DNA from: an uncultured Chryseobacterium sp.
Lineage (GTDB): Bacteria > Bacteroidota > Bacteroidia > Flavobacteriales_F > PHOS-HE28
Direction of reading: 5' to 3'
Length of the DNA: 64,000 bases
Assembly (NCBI GenBank): GCA_964649165.1
Contig: CAZYPC010000003.1
Location: forward strand, 11,430 to 75,429
The notes below the pieces were generated by a model, which saw only the letters and a program-made list of their open reading frames with translations, was not told the origin of the DNA and did not search any database. The first letter of the stretch is position 1. The number at the start of each line of letters is the position of its first letter. Below are positions 25,974-35,327 of this stretch, piece by piece. The position numbers and the translations under genes are program-made.

Positions 25974-26988
25974 ATGGTTGGTGATCCCGTTGACAGGCGT
26001 GCTGTGCGCCTTGATGGCCGCTGGAACCATGCCGGCACATCCGGTACAACTCGGGGTGCCGAAAGGTTGGCCCCCGATGAGCTACGATCTTTCTCGGAAC
26101 CCGTTGACGCAGGAGGGCATCGCGCTCGGCCGGAAGCTCTTCCATGATCCCCTTCTTTCGCTCGACAGCAGTACTTCCTGCTCGAGTTGTCATCTCTCCT
26201 ACACGGCCTTCAGCCACACGGACCACCAGCTGAGCCACGGCATCCACGACAGCATCGGCACGCGCAACGCGCCCGCCCTGATGAACCTGGCGTGGAGCAA
26301 GACCTTCATGTGGGACGGCGCGGTGAACCACCTGGATATGCAGCCCCTCGCGCCGATCAACCATTCCGGGGAGATGGGTGAGAGCACGCAGCATGTCGTG
26401 TTCAAACTGGAGAACAGCCGCACCTATCGTCGTCTTTTCGCGGAGGCGTTCGGTGACTCCATGATCCTGAGCGACCGCATGTTGAAAGCGCTCGCGCAGT
26501 TCCAGCTTTCGCTCGTGTCCGCAGGTTCCCGCTATGACCGGATGAAGGCCGGCGTCGAGCTTTTCACCGAACAAGAGCGGAACGGCTACCTGTTGTTCCA
26601 GGCGCATTGTAACACCTGCCACAAGGAGCCGCTCTTCACCACCGGCGAGTTCGCCAACAACGGCCTGCCCCCGGACAGTCTGCTGCGGGATGGCGGGCGC
26701 ATCCGCATCACGCACGACCCCGAGGATTCGCTGAAATTCAAGATCCCCACGTTGCGCAACGTCGAGTATTCGTTCCCCTACATGCACGACGGGCGGTTCA
26801 AACGGTTGCGCCAGGTGATCGACCACTACGCGAGCGGGATCATGACCTCCGGATCATCGGCCCCCCAGTTGAAGAAGCCGATCATGCTGACACCGGAGGA
26901 ACGCACGGACCTCGTGGCCTTCCTCCTCACCCTGAGCGACCGGGAGTTCGTGATGGACCCGGACCATGCGGCGCCCAGGAACTACTGA
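25960..26988 (+). CDS. di-haem cytochrome c peroxidase family protein (MauG/MbnH-like)
   Basis: Two CxxCH haem motifs (CSSCH, CNTCH). Signal peptide. 342 aa, with the overall CCP/MauG length and spacing. Confidence 0.8.
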   Translation: MRCGKWLVIPLTGVLCALMAAGTMPAHPVQLGVPKGWPPMSYDLSRNPLTQEGIALGRKLFHDPLLSLDSSTSCSSCHLSYTAFSHTDHQLSHGIHDSIGTRNAPALMNLAWSKTFMWDGAVNHLDMQPLAPINHSGEMGESTQHVVFKLENSRTYRRLFAEAFGDSMILSDRMLKALAQFQLSLVSAGSRYDRMKAGVELFTEQERNGYLLFQAHCNTCHKEPLFTTGEFANNGLPPDSLLRDGGRIRITHDPEDSLKFKIPTLRNVEYSFPYMHDGRFKRLRQVIDHYASGIMTSGSSAPQLKKPIMLTPEERTDLVAFLLTLSDREFVMDPDHAAPRNY

Positions 26989-27036
26989 GCGAAGGATGCG
27001 TGCGCGGACGTCGTCCAACGGTCACACCCCACCGAG

Positions 27037-28857
27037 ATGAAGTCCACCACCGCACTCGCCTGTCTTCTCCTGGCGTCCGGAACAAGGGCCCAGCTGGGCC
27101 CGAACATCACGCAATGGCTCGTGAACACGACGGGCACGACGGGTCGCCACTACGTATCCGGCAACAGCACACCGATCAATGACGCGGTGCAGGTGAACGT
27201 GCAGAACGTGAAGTACAGCGCGAGCCAGGTGTACGTGACCTGCACGGGCATCCCGTCGTATGTCACCGGCCCTTTCCTGGACGGGAATCCTTCGTCGGCA
27301 ACGAACCAGAACGCGATCTTCCGGTTGCCGCGCATCCCTGTACAGAACACCGGAACGCCCACCAATACCACGGGTGGCAACATCGGCATCTTCATCAATG
27401 GCGTCGCGTTCTTCGACTACCGCGACGGTGTTTCCTGGAGGAACGCCACGCAGCAATTGTGCGGAGGTCCGATCCAACCGATGTGCACGGGTGATGGTGT
27501 CTGGAACCGCGACGCCGTGCCTGCGGAGCGTGCGGGCTTCGATTGCTCGAAGGGCCACCCGGCCATGGGCAACTACCATCATCATCAGAACCCGAGCGCC
27601 TTCAACCTGGACATCAATGTGATCTCCACGGTATGCAACCTGTACGCGGCGGATGGTCTCTATGCCATCGACAGCACGCGACATTCCCCGTTGCTGGGAT
27701 TCGCGTATGATGGGTTCCCGGTGTATGGCGCTTACGGCTACGCGAATGCGGATGGCACCGGGGGTCTCAAGCGCATCCGCTCGAGCTACCAGGTCCGGAA
27801 CATCACAGTGCGCACGCACTACGCGAACGGCACGGATGTCACCGATGGCCCTGCCGTGAACACGACCTATCCGCTCGGTTACTTCCGCGAGGACTATGAG
27901 TACATCGCGCATGCGGAACCGTACTATCTGGATGCGCACAACGGCCGTTCCTGCGTAACCCCCGAATATCCCGGCGGCACGTACGCCTACTTCTGTTCCG
28001 TGGACGCGAACTGGAATTCAGCTTACCCGTACATCGTGGGGCCGACGTTCTACGGCGTGGTGACGGGAGCGAAGGTGGCCTCCATCGCTGAGACGGTCAC
28101 CACGTACAGTTGGGTGAAGCTGGCGGCACGCGTCTACCTGCAGGGACCATATGATAGCGGTTCCGGTCTGATGAACGATGGGCTGCGCGCTGCTTCATTG
28201 CTTCCGACCACACAGCCGTACACCGCCTTGGGATACAGCTTTACGGGGACAACGGTGACCAATGGGACAGTGGCTCCGGGAGTCTTCACCACGACCACGG
28301 GGAACAACGCCATCGTCGATCATGTGATCGTTGAATTGCGCAACGCCGTCACACCTTCCACCGTGCTCGCGAGTTGCCCCGCCCTGCTGCAGCGCGATGG
28401 TGATGTGGTGGCGCTCGATGGCCGATCCACACTTGTCATCGCCATCGCACCGGGCACCTACCACGTGGCCCTGCGTCATCGCAACCATCTCGGTGTGATG
28501 ACGGGCACCGCGGTCGCGCTGGGCAACAACTCCACCACGGTGGATCTCACGTCCACCGGAACAACGTTGTACGGTAGCAATGCCACAGCGACGGTAGGTG
28601 CAACGCGTTTGTTGTGGTCAGGTGATGTCAGCTACAACAAGACGCTCGCCTACACCGGCAGCGGGAACGATCGCGATCCCATCCTCGTGACAGTGGGCAG
28701 CACCACGCCGAACAACACGGTTGCGGCTTACAGCTCATCCGACGTCGACCTCGATGGTTCGGTCAAATACACCGGCAGCAACAACGACCGGGACCGTATC
28801 CTGGTGAATGTCGGCAGCACGACACCCAACAGCATCCAGAACGAACAACTCCCCTGA
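27037..28857 (+). CDS. secreted YHYH-domain (His-rich) protein with C-terminal dockerin-like repeats
   Basis: Signal peptide. GNYHHHQNPSAF, DSTRHSPLLGFAYDGFPVYGAYGY and YAYFC motifs. C-terminal repeated DxDxDG/NNDRD calcium-binding-like repeats. About 70 % identical to the next gene across the core. Confidence 0.6.
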   Translation: MKSTTALACLLLASGTRAQLGPNITQWLVNTTGTTGRHYVSGNSTPINDAVQVNVQNVKYSASQVYVTCTGIPSYVTGPFLDGNPSSATNQNAIFRLPRIPVQNTGTPTNTTGGNIGIFINGVAFFDYRDGVSWRNATQQLCGGPIQPMCTGDGVWNRDAVPAERAGFDCSKGHPAMGNYHHHQNPSAFNLDINVISTVCNLYAADGLYAIDSTRHSPLLGFAYDGFPVYGAYGYANADGTGGLKRIRSSYQVRNITVRTHYANGTDVTDGPAVNTTYPLGYFREDYEYIAHAEPYYLDAHNGRSCVTPEYPGGTYAYFCSVDANWNSAYPYIVGPTFYGVVTGAKVASIAETVTTYSWVKLAARVYLQGPYDSGSGLMNDGLRAASLLPTTQPYTALGYSFTGTTVTNGTVAPGVFTTTTGNNAIVDHVIVELRNAVTPSTVLASCPALLQRDGDVVALDGRSTLVIAIAPGTYHVALRHRNHLGVMTGTAVALGNNSTTVDLTSTGTTLYGSNATATVGATRLLWSGDVSYNKTLAYTGSGNDRDPILVTVGSTTPNNTVAAYSSSDVDLDGSVKYTGSNNDRDRILVNVGSTTPNSIQNEQLP

Positions 28858-28880
28858 CGCACCTTCGCGCCCCAACGATC

Positions 28881-30257
28881 ATGAACAGAATATTCCCGCT
28901 CATTATGGCCCTGGCTATGTCCGCCTTCGCCTCCGCACAGACCGATCCGGTGATCATTGATTGGTTGTTCAACACAACGGGCATCACCGGCTCGCACTAT
29001 GTGTCCGGTAACTCGACGCCGATCCAGGATGCGGCGCAGGCGAACGTGCAGCAAGTGCAGTATTCGGACGACTGGTCTTACGTACACACGCAGGGCATTC
29101 CCGCATACATCACCGGACCGTTCCTGGACGGCAACCCGAACCAGGCGGGCGGGCAGAACGCCATCTTCAGGATCCCGCGTACGCCACAGCCCAACCAAGG
29201 CACCTTGGATGTGACCACTGGCGGTGATATCGGTGTGTTCATCAACGGGGTCGCGCTGTTCGATTTCCGCGATGGCTGCGGCTGGAACCCCAACACCAAC
29301 GCGCTTTGCGGAGGTCCCGGCAATCCGCCCTGTCCTGGTCCGCCCGGCCAACTGCAGGATTGGAACCGCGATGCGATCGTGGCCGAACGGGCAGGTTTCG
29401 ATTGTGCCAAAGGGCACCCGCAACAACAAGGGACTTACCACCACCATCAGAACCCCAGCGCGTTCAACCTCGACCTCACGGTGCTCTCCAACGTCTGCGA
29501 CCTCTACCTCGCCGATGGTCTTTATGCCATCGACAGCACGGAGCATTCACCGCTGCTGGGCTTCGCGTTCGATGGCTATCCGATCTATGGAGCATACGGC
29601 TATGCGAACGTGGACGGCACAGGCGGCATCACGCGCATCCGGTCGGGCTATCAGTGGCGGAACATCACCACGCGCACTACGCATGCCGATGGTACCGATG
29701 TGAGCGATGGCCCTGCTGTGAACGAGACCTACCCGATCGGCTATTTCCGCGAGGACTATGAATTCCTGACCCATCCGGAGCCTTTCTACCTGGACGAACA
29801 CAACGGTCGCTTCTGTGTGACGCCGGAGTTTCCCTCCGGCACGTACGCCTACTTCTGCACGGTCGACGCCGCTTGGAACTCGGTCTATCCCTATGTCGTT
29901 GGCCCAACCTTCTACGGTGTGAAGACGGCGACCCTGGTAACGACCATCACGGAGGCTGTGACCACCTACGATCCCTTGACCGCGGCTGTGGCTTCCATCG
30001 CGCCGGAAGATGACCGTGTGACCGTGTTCCCCAACCCCGGTGGCGATCTGATCGCGGTGCAGGTGCATGGCATCGTTCGCGAGAACCTGCCCATCGCACT
30101 TTACGACATGAGCGGCAAGCTCGTGCGTTCGGAGGTGATCAAGCAGGGAAGTACGATCTGGTACCTGGACACCCGCACCCTGTACGATGGCTTGTACAAC
30201 GTGCGCATCGGACAGGGCCGTGGGGCCATCTGCACCCAGGTGCAGGTGGTCCATTGA
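28881..30257 (+). CDS. secreted YHYH-domain (His-rich) protein with T9SS C-terminal sorting domain
   Basis: Paralog of 27037..28857 (GTYHHHQNPSAF etc.). C-terminal VFPNPGGDL...LYDMSGKLV...GLYNVRIGQ... CTD. Confidence 0.65.
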   Translation: MNRIFPLIMALAMSAFASAQTDPVIIDWLFNTTGITGSHYVSGNSTPIQDAAQANVQQVQYSDDWSYVHTQGIPAYITGPFLDGNPNQAGGQNAIFRIPRTPQPNQGTLDVTTGGDIGVFINGVALFDFRDGCGWNPNTNALCGGPGNPPCPGPPGQLQDWNRDAIVAERAGFDCAKGHPQQQGTYHHHQNPSAFNLDLTVLSNVCDLYLADGLYAIDSTEHSPLLGFAFDGYPIYGAYGYANVDGTGGITRIRSGYQWRNITTRTTHADGTDVSDGPAVNETYPIGYFREDYEFLTHPEPFYLDEHNGRFCVTPEFPSGTYAYFCTVDAAWNSVYPYVVGPTFYGVKTATLVTTITEAVTTYDPLTAAVASIAPEDDRVTVFPNPGGDLIAVQVHGIVRENLPIALYDMSGKLVRSEVIKQGSTIWYLDTRTLYDGLYNVRIGQGRGAICTQVQVVH

Positions 30258-30334
30258 TGGATCACACGTCGCGGGGTTGACACTTCGGCGTGGTCGGTGC
30301 GCGTTGTTGGGACGGGACAGCCCAACTTCGTGGC

Positions 30335-31174
30335 ATGAAGCGCTTGGTCCTGATCGGTTGTTTGTTCGTGCCCGTGTTGCTCTCAGCGCAGGGGTTGATG
30401 GAACGCAAGCACCCGGACATTTTCCCGCTCGATGGCAAGATGAAGCGCAGCGGCTTCTTCATTGCGCCGGGCGTGACATGGGCGCTTGCACCGTTCAAGG
30501 ACCGGGAGGAACACGATGAATTCGGTTCGGATACGATGGTCGATGCGGTGTATCACGGCATTGGCAAGCTCGGGCTGTATCTCGAAGCGGGCTGGTTCAT
30601 CTCCACGCGCGATCCAGTGATCATCGACTATTGGGACTTCGGGCTGGCGTACAAACAATTGAAAGGGCGGGAAGAGTCGGAGGGCTCGTTCGCACGGGGT
30701 GATAGCATTGGCCAGTGGTTCAGTGAGGGGGACTTCAACGATCAGCATCTCACCCTTGCGATCAACGCGAACAAACTGTTCTGCGTGCGCGACTATCGGT
30801 TCTTCCAGTTCAGCCTGGGGGCCAACGTGGACTGGCGCTTCGGAGAGGGCCGTGACTTCGAGGGCTTCTTCGTGCCCGACTCACAGGACTTTCCGCCGGA
30901 GTTCATCGGCCAGGCGCACGCCAAACTCGGCTTCGGCTTCAAGCTCACGCAGCAGTTGATGATCATTCCCGCGATCGAGACACCTTTCTTCAGCGTAATG
31001 CCGGAGGATCAGGGTTTCGGACGCCTTCAGTGGTTCAACACCACGTACCGCCCGCTCATCTTCAGTGTCCGTTTCCTCTTCCTCCGCTATCCCAACGGAT
31101 GGGCATGCCCTCCGGTGAAGAACAACGAGTTCGAACGGCACAAGGTGGTGAACCCGGAGTACAAGCGGAGGTAG
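30335..31174 (+). CDS. hypothetical exported / outer-membrane-like protein
   Basis: Internal ATG with signal peptide MKRLVLIGCLFVPVLLSAQG. Alternating aromatic / beta-strand-like pattern. C-terminal F-rich end. Confidence 0.45.
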   Translation: MKRLVLIGCLFVPVLLSAQGLMERKHPDIFPLDGKMKRSGFFIAPGVTWALAPFKDREEHDEFGSDTMVDAVYHGIGKLGLYLEAGWFISTRDPVIIDYWDFGLAYKQLKGREESEGSFARGDSIGQWFSEGDFNDQHLTLAINANKLFCVRDYRFFQFSLGANVDWRFGEGRDFEGFFVPDSQDFPPEFIGQAHAKLGFGFKLTQQLMIIPAIETPFFSVMPEDQGFGRLQWFNTTYRPLIFSVRFLFLRYPNGWACPPVKNNEFERHKVVNPEYKRR

Positions 31175-31178
31175 TGCG

Positions 31179-34100
31179 TCAACGTGGCGTGTGCGCCTGA
31201 ACGGTCTTCGTATCGGTCGGTCCCAGGACCAGTATCGGCCCGCTGTTGTTCAATACCAGGAGGCATTCGCCTCGACCGGCGATCGCGATGGGAAGCACGT
31301 GACGCGTATCGTATGGAATGGAGATGCCGCTTGCCCGACCCTCGACCGGAGTCAGCCCTCCCTTGCCGTCGCCGCGCAATAAGAGACCCATGCTCGCGTC
31401 GTACCGCGGGGTCTCAGCCTCGGCGCCGTAGTGGTTGCCGGCCACCAACAGATCCATCCGGCCATCCTTGTCGGCATCCAGCATCCGGAGAGATCGCGCA
31501 GCGGAGACCTGCGCGGCCATCGGCAACGGCCTTGCCTCGAAATGCCCGTTGACGTTGATGAACAGCGCACTCGCGAAGCTGGTCGCCTTCAACCGCAGAG
31601 CGTCATTGAGCGCCGCGCCATAGATGTTCTCCAAGGTGGCATCGGCGAATGCCTTGTAGGTAGGGAACCGGCCTTGGATGAACGGCATCTGTCGGCTTGA
31701 ACACTCGCGACCGCGCACCGGCAATTCACACTGGTCACCCGTTTTCGCGAGCACGATGTCGTTGGTGCCGCTGTGGTCCAGATCCCCCATATAGACCTGG
31801 AGCGGCTTGTCGTTGGACGGATGGAACTTGTTGTTCAGGCCGATGTTGCCTGCCGCCAGGTCAAGATCGCCGTCGCCATCGATGTCACCGACGGTCATTC
31901 CCTGCCACCAGCCGGTCAGCGACGTGTCGAGCACACTGGAGGAGATGTCCTTGAATGCACTGCCCGTGTTCTTGAGCACACGTATGGGCATCCATTCGCC
32001 GCATAGCAGGAGTTCCGCACGCTTGTCGTTGTCGATGTCCGAGAACAGCGCTTGCGTGATGAGTCCTGGTCGTGGAAGTGAGGTCAGCCATGTGGATGAA
32101 ACGTCCTTGAAGGTGCCGTGGTCGTTCAACAGCACCTGACTTGCCGGCGGGGAAGGCCAGGCCCCGGGAACGTTCCGGCCTCCGACGAAGAGATCGGGAT
32201 CACCGTCGCCATCGATGTCATCGGAGGCGATGGCCGATGCGCTCACCCGGAGGTCCGGCAGGGCCTGTTCGGCGTAGTCGAACGCACCGTGGCCATCGTT
32301 GGTGAACATCCGGGCCCGGTACCGCTCATCCCCCGGAGGGAATTCCGTGCTACCAGCGGCCAGGTACAGGTCCGCGTCATGGTCGCCATCCGCGTCGAAG
32401 AAAAGCGCGCCGTTGAACTCGGAGGTTCGGAAGACGTTCCACGGTTGCGCGGGTGCCGGAGCGAATTGTCCGGTGCTTTTCTGGAGGAGCAACAGGCATG
32501 GACTTCCGGCCGAAGCCGTCAGGAAAAGGTCGTCGAGACCATCACCGTTCACGTCGGCTACCGCAGCCGCAGGGCCGTGCATGCTCTGGCGGTGGGGCAG
32601 AAGGGACTCCGCCTTGAACTCATCGTAGGCGTTCTCATGATGACCGAAGCGCAATCCCAAATCACCGGCGATCTCCCTGAAAAGTGGTCGAGTGCGCGTT
32701 GTGCGCGGTCGTTCCCGCAACGATGAACGATCGACGGTGAGCCGTTCGTTCCGTTCCGGACCGATCAGCACTGTCTGCCGGCCATCAGGCCAATCGATCA
32801 CCACGGAATCGATGTGGTCATCGGGAACGCCGAAATGCAACACCGGTTCCACGCTGCCCTGGTACCCGCGCGCGGGGAACAGGGCACACACCTGGCGGCC
32901 GCTGGCCGAATGGAGTTCGGCTGACGCGCCAGTGGCGAACGGGTTTTTCGCCTCGCCTTTCAAGACCAGTTGCAGATAACCCGCGCCCGTGTTCTCGCGC
33001 GTGAGATTGCGCACCACCGTCGCCGGGGAGTTCACATTGACCGTCACCAGGTCCAGGTCCCCGTCCAGGTCAAGATCCGCGTACGTGCCCCCGTTGCTCA
33101 AGGTCTTCTGGTGATAGCCCCATTCGTCCATCGCCTTGGTGAACGTGAGATCATGCGCGTTGCGGAAGACCATCTTCTCCGGAACGTGCGTGGGCGCGAG
33201 GTCCAGGAGCGGTTCGAAAGCCACCTGCTTGCTGGAAGCACCGGTGAATTTGCGCACTTGGTCCCTGAAATCGTTGTTGCCCACATCCCGTGCGATGCCA
33301 TTGGTGACGAACAGGTCCTTCCACCCATCGTTGTCCAGGTCGACGAACAAAGGGGCCCAGCTCCAGTCGGTGCGGTCCACTCCGGCCATCTGCGCCACCT
33401 CGCTCCAGGTGCCATCACCGTTGTTGCGCTGGAGCGTGTTGATCATGTACTGGTAGTGCATTCCACGGTCCACCATCGCGTCGAACTGCCCCGGTGCCAT
33501 GCTCGCCATGTTCTCCTTGTTCAGCTTGTGGTCGCCGGGGGTCATGTCCAATACGCACAGGTCCGGATCGCCATCGTTGTCGTAGTCCGCGCGATCGATG
33601 CCCATGCTGAAGTAGGACGTGTGCTTCAGCGCCTGCCGGGAGATGTCGGTGAAGTGAGGGATGGCACCGGGTCCGCGTGTGCCGTCGTTCACCATCATGA
33701 GGTCGGGCGTGTAGAAATCGTTCGTCACATAGATGTCCAACAGACCATCCGCGTTCAGATCGCCCAGTGCGGCACCAAGGCCATAGTGGTGGCTCGCCAA
33801 CCCGGCTTCCAACGTCCCATCGACAAAGTGGCCACTGCCGTCATTCAGGTACAATTTGTTCGACGTGCCCGGGTCGTAAGGGGGCTTGGGGCCTGCGAGC
33901 TCCTTCCCGAGGGGGAGGAAGTCGGATCGGTGTGAAGCGATGAAGCAGTCGAGGTCGCTGTCTCGGTCCACATCGGCGAAGTAGGCCATCGTGTTGTGCC
34001 CTTCGTCCGCCAGACCGGCAGTGGCCGCATCTTCCTTGAACCGGCCTTCGCCGAGGTTGATGAACAACTTGTTGCGGCGGGTCGCCGCCGCCCACCCAGC

Positions 34101-34556
34101 GGGGCCGGATGCGCAGACATAGATGTCCAGGCGACCGTCCGCGTTCACGTCCGCCATGCTCACCCCCGTTGCCCAGATGGCGTCGATGTTGAACCCGGCA
34201 TCCTCAGATATGTCCTTGAACCTCATCCCGCCGAGATTCTTGTACAGGGCGCCTCCACTCCGGTAGCTCGCGAAGGCGAGGTCCGCCAGGCCGTCCCCAT
34301 CAATGTCACCGGCCGCGACGCCACCACCGTTGTACATGTAGAGGTAGCGGAAGTAATTGGCCTCGTTGTCCTCGATGATGGTGTTGCTGAAGGTTATTCC
34401 CGTGCTGTCTGGGCCTAGAACTTCCAGGCGGGTGCCGGACTTCGGAGCAACTGAAGTGTCTTGCCTGGGTGCTGGCCGCTCGCACGCGGCAATGAGGAGC
34501 GCGACGATGAAGCATGCGCTACAACCGTTCACAAAGGACCTCCGGGCTCCGTTCAT
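31179..34556 (-). CDS. CRTAC1-family lipoprotein with FG-GAP/VCBS repeats and ASPIC/UnbV C-terminal domain
   Basis: Lipobox LIAAC. Multiple DxDGDGxxD FG-GAP calcium-binding repeats. C-terminal UnbV/ASPIC-like region. 1125 aa. Confidence 0.75.
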   Translation of the reverse strand: MNGARRSFVNGCSACFIVALLIAACERPAPRQDTSVAPKSGTRLEVLGPDSTGITFSNTIIEDNEANYFRYLYMYNGGGVAAGDIDGDGLADLAFASYRSGGALYKNLGGMRFKDISEDAGFNIDAIWATGVSMADVNADGRLDIYVCASGPAGWAAATRRNKLFINLGEGRFKEDAATAGLADEGHNTMAYFADVDRDSDLDCFIASHRSDFLPLGKELAGPKPPYDPGTSNKLYLNDGSGHFVDGTLEAGLASHHYGLGAALGDLNADGLLDIYVTNDFYTPDLMMVNDGTRGPGAIPHFTDISRQALKHTSYFSMGIDRADYDNDGDPDLCVLDMTPGDHKLNKENMASMAPGQFDAMVDRGMHYQYMINTLQRNNGDGTWSEVAQMAGVDRTDWSWAPLFVDLDNDGWKDLFVTNGIARDVGNNDFRDQVRKFTGASSKQVAFEPLLDLAPTHVPEKMVFRNAHDLTFTKAMDEWGYHQKTLSNGGTYADLDLDGDLDLVTVNVNSPATVVRNLTRENTGAGYLQLVLKGEAKNPFATGASAELHSASGRQVCALFPARGYQGSVEPVLHFGVPDDHIDSVVIDWPDGRQTVLIGPERNERLTVDRSSLRERPRTTRTRPLFREIAGDLGLRFGHHENAYDEFKAESLLPHRQSMHGPAAAVADVNGDGLDDLFLTASAGSPCLLLLQKSTGQFAPAPAQPWNVFRTSEFNGALFFDADGDHDADLYLAAGSTEFPPGDERYRARMFTNDGHGAFDYAEQALPDLRVSASAIASDDIDGDGDPDLFVGGRNVPGAWPSPPASQVLLNDHGTFKDVSSTWLTSLPRPGLITQALFSDIDNDKRAELLLCGEWMPIRVLKNTGSAFKDISSSVLDTSLTGWWQGMTVGDIDGDGDLDLAAGNIGLNNKFHPSNDKPLQVYMGDLDHSGTNDIVLAKTGDQCELPVRGRECSSRQMPFIQGRFPTYKAFADATLENIYGAALNDALRLKATSFASALFINVNGHFEARPLPMAAQVSAARSLRMLDADKDGRMDLLVAGNHYGAEAETPRYDASMGLLLRGDGKGGLTPVEGRASGISIPYDTRHVLPIAIAGRGECLLVLNNSGPILVLGPTDTKTVQAHTPR

Positions 34557-34602
34557 GGTCGGCCAAGCTAAGACCGCGTGCGGCCAGCCCTGGCTCCGGT
34601 CC

Positions 34603-35235
34603 TCAGCGCAGGAAGGGGTTCAGTCGTCGTTCCTCGCCGATCGTGGTGTCCGGCCCATGGCCGCAATGCACGACCACATGGTCGCCCAGCGGAAAGAGCT
34701 TTTCACGGATGCTGGTGAGCAGGGTTTCCATGTCCCCGCCGGGGAGATCCGTGCGACCGATGCTCCGCTGGAACAGCACGTCGCCACTGATGACGAAGCG
34801 ATCCTCCGGGCACCACAAAGCAATGTGGCCAGGTGCATGGCCGGGTACGAACAGCACGTCCAGCGACCTGTCGCCGAACCGGATGATGTCGCCCTCCTTG
34901 AGGAACAGCGTCGGTTCCGGCGGGGCTTCACACGGCACACCGTACATCCGTCCCTGCCGCTCGGCCGCGTGCAGCAGGGGCAGGTCGCCCATGTGCATCT
35001 GAGGTGACAACCCGAAACGCTTGTGCATCAAAGCACAGCCGAGAACATGGTCGATATGCGCGTGGGTGAGCACAAGGCGGGTGGGGAGCAAGCCGTTCTC
35101 ATCAAGCCACGTTTCCAGCTCATGCTGTTCGGCCGTATCGAAGCATCCCGGATCCACCACGATGGCCTCGCGGCCGTCGTCCAAGACCCAGGTGTTCTCT
35201 TGGAAGGGGTTGAAGGTGAACCGGGTGACGCGCAA
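34603..35235 (-). CDS. MBL-fold metallo-hydrolase (glyoxalase II-like)
   Basis: THAHIDH zinc motif. 210 aa. Collinear with the hydroxyacylglutathione hydrolase family. Confidence 0.8.
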   Translation of the reverse strand: MRVTRFTFNPFQENTWVLDDGREAIVVDPGCFDTAEQHELETWLDENGLLPTRLVLTHAHIDHVLGCALMHKRFGLSPQMHMGDLPLLHAAERQGRMYGVPCEAPPEPTLFLKEGDIIRFGDRSLDVLFVPGHAPGHIALWCPEDRFVISGDVLFQRSIGRTDLPGGDMETLLTSIREKLFPLGDHVVVHCGHGPDTTIGEERRLNPFLR

Positions 35236-35327
35236 AACGGTCGGAAAAGCGTGAACTTCGCGGGGTCTCCCCGGTCCCAGGCACGGCCCTTGGAACGCGG
35301 GTCGGCGAAAATAGCCTTGGTGTCCCG

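Noticed and set aside
19285-26988. Functional link between the kynU / kmo operon and the MbnH-like enzyme (both kynurenine-related)
   Set aside because: MbnH-type enzymes generate protein-bound kynurenine in situ. The free-metabolite kynurenine pathway is unrelated and is separated from the module by an accessory patch. The proximity is likely coincidental.
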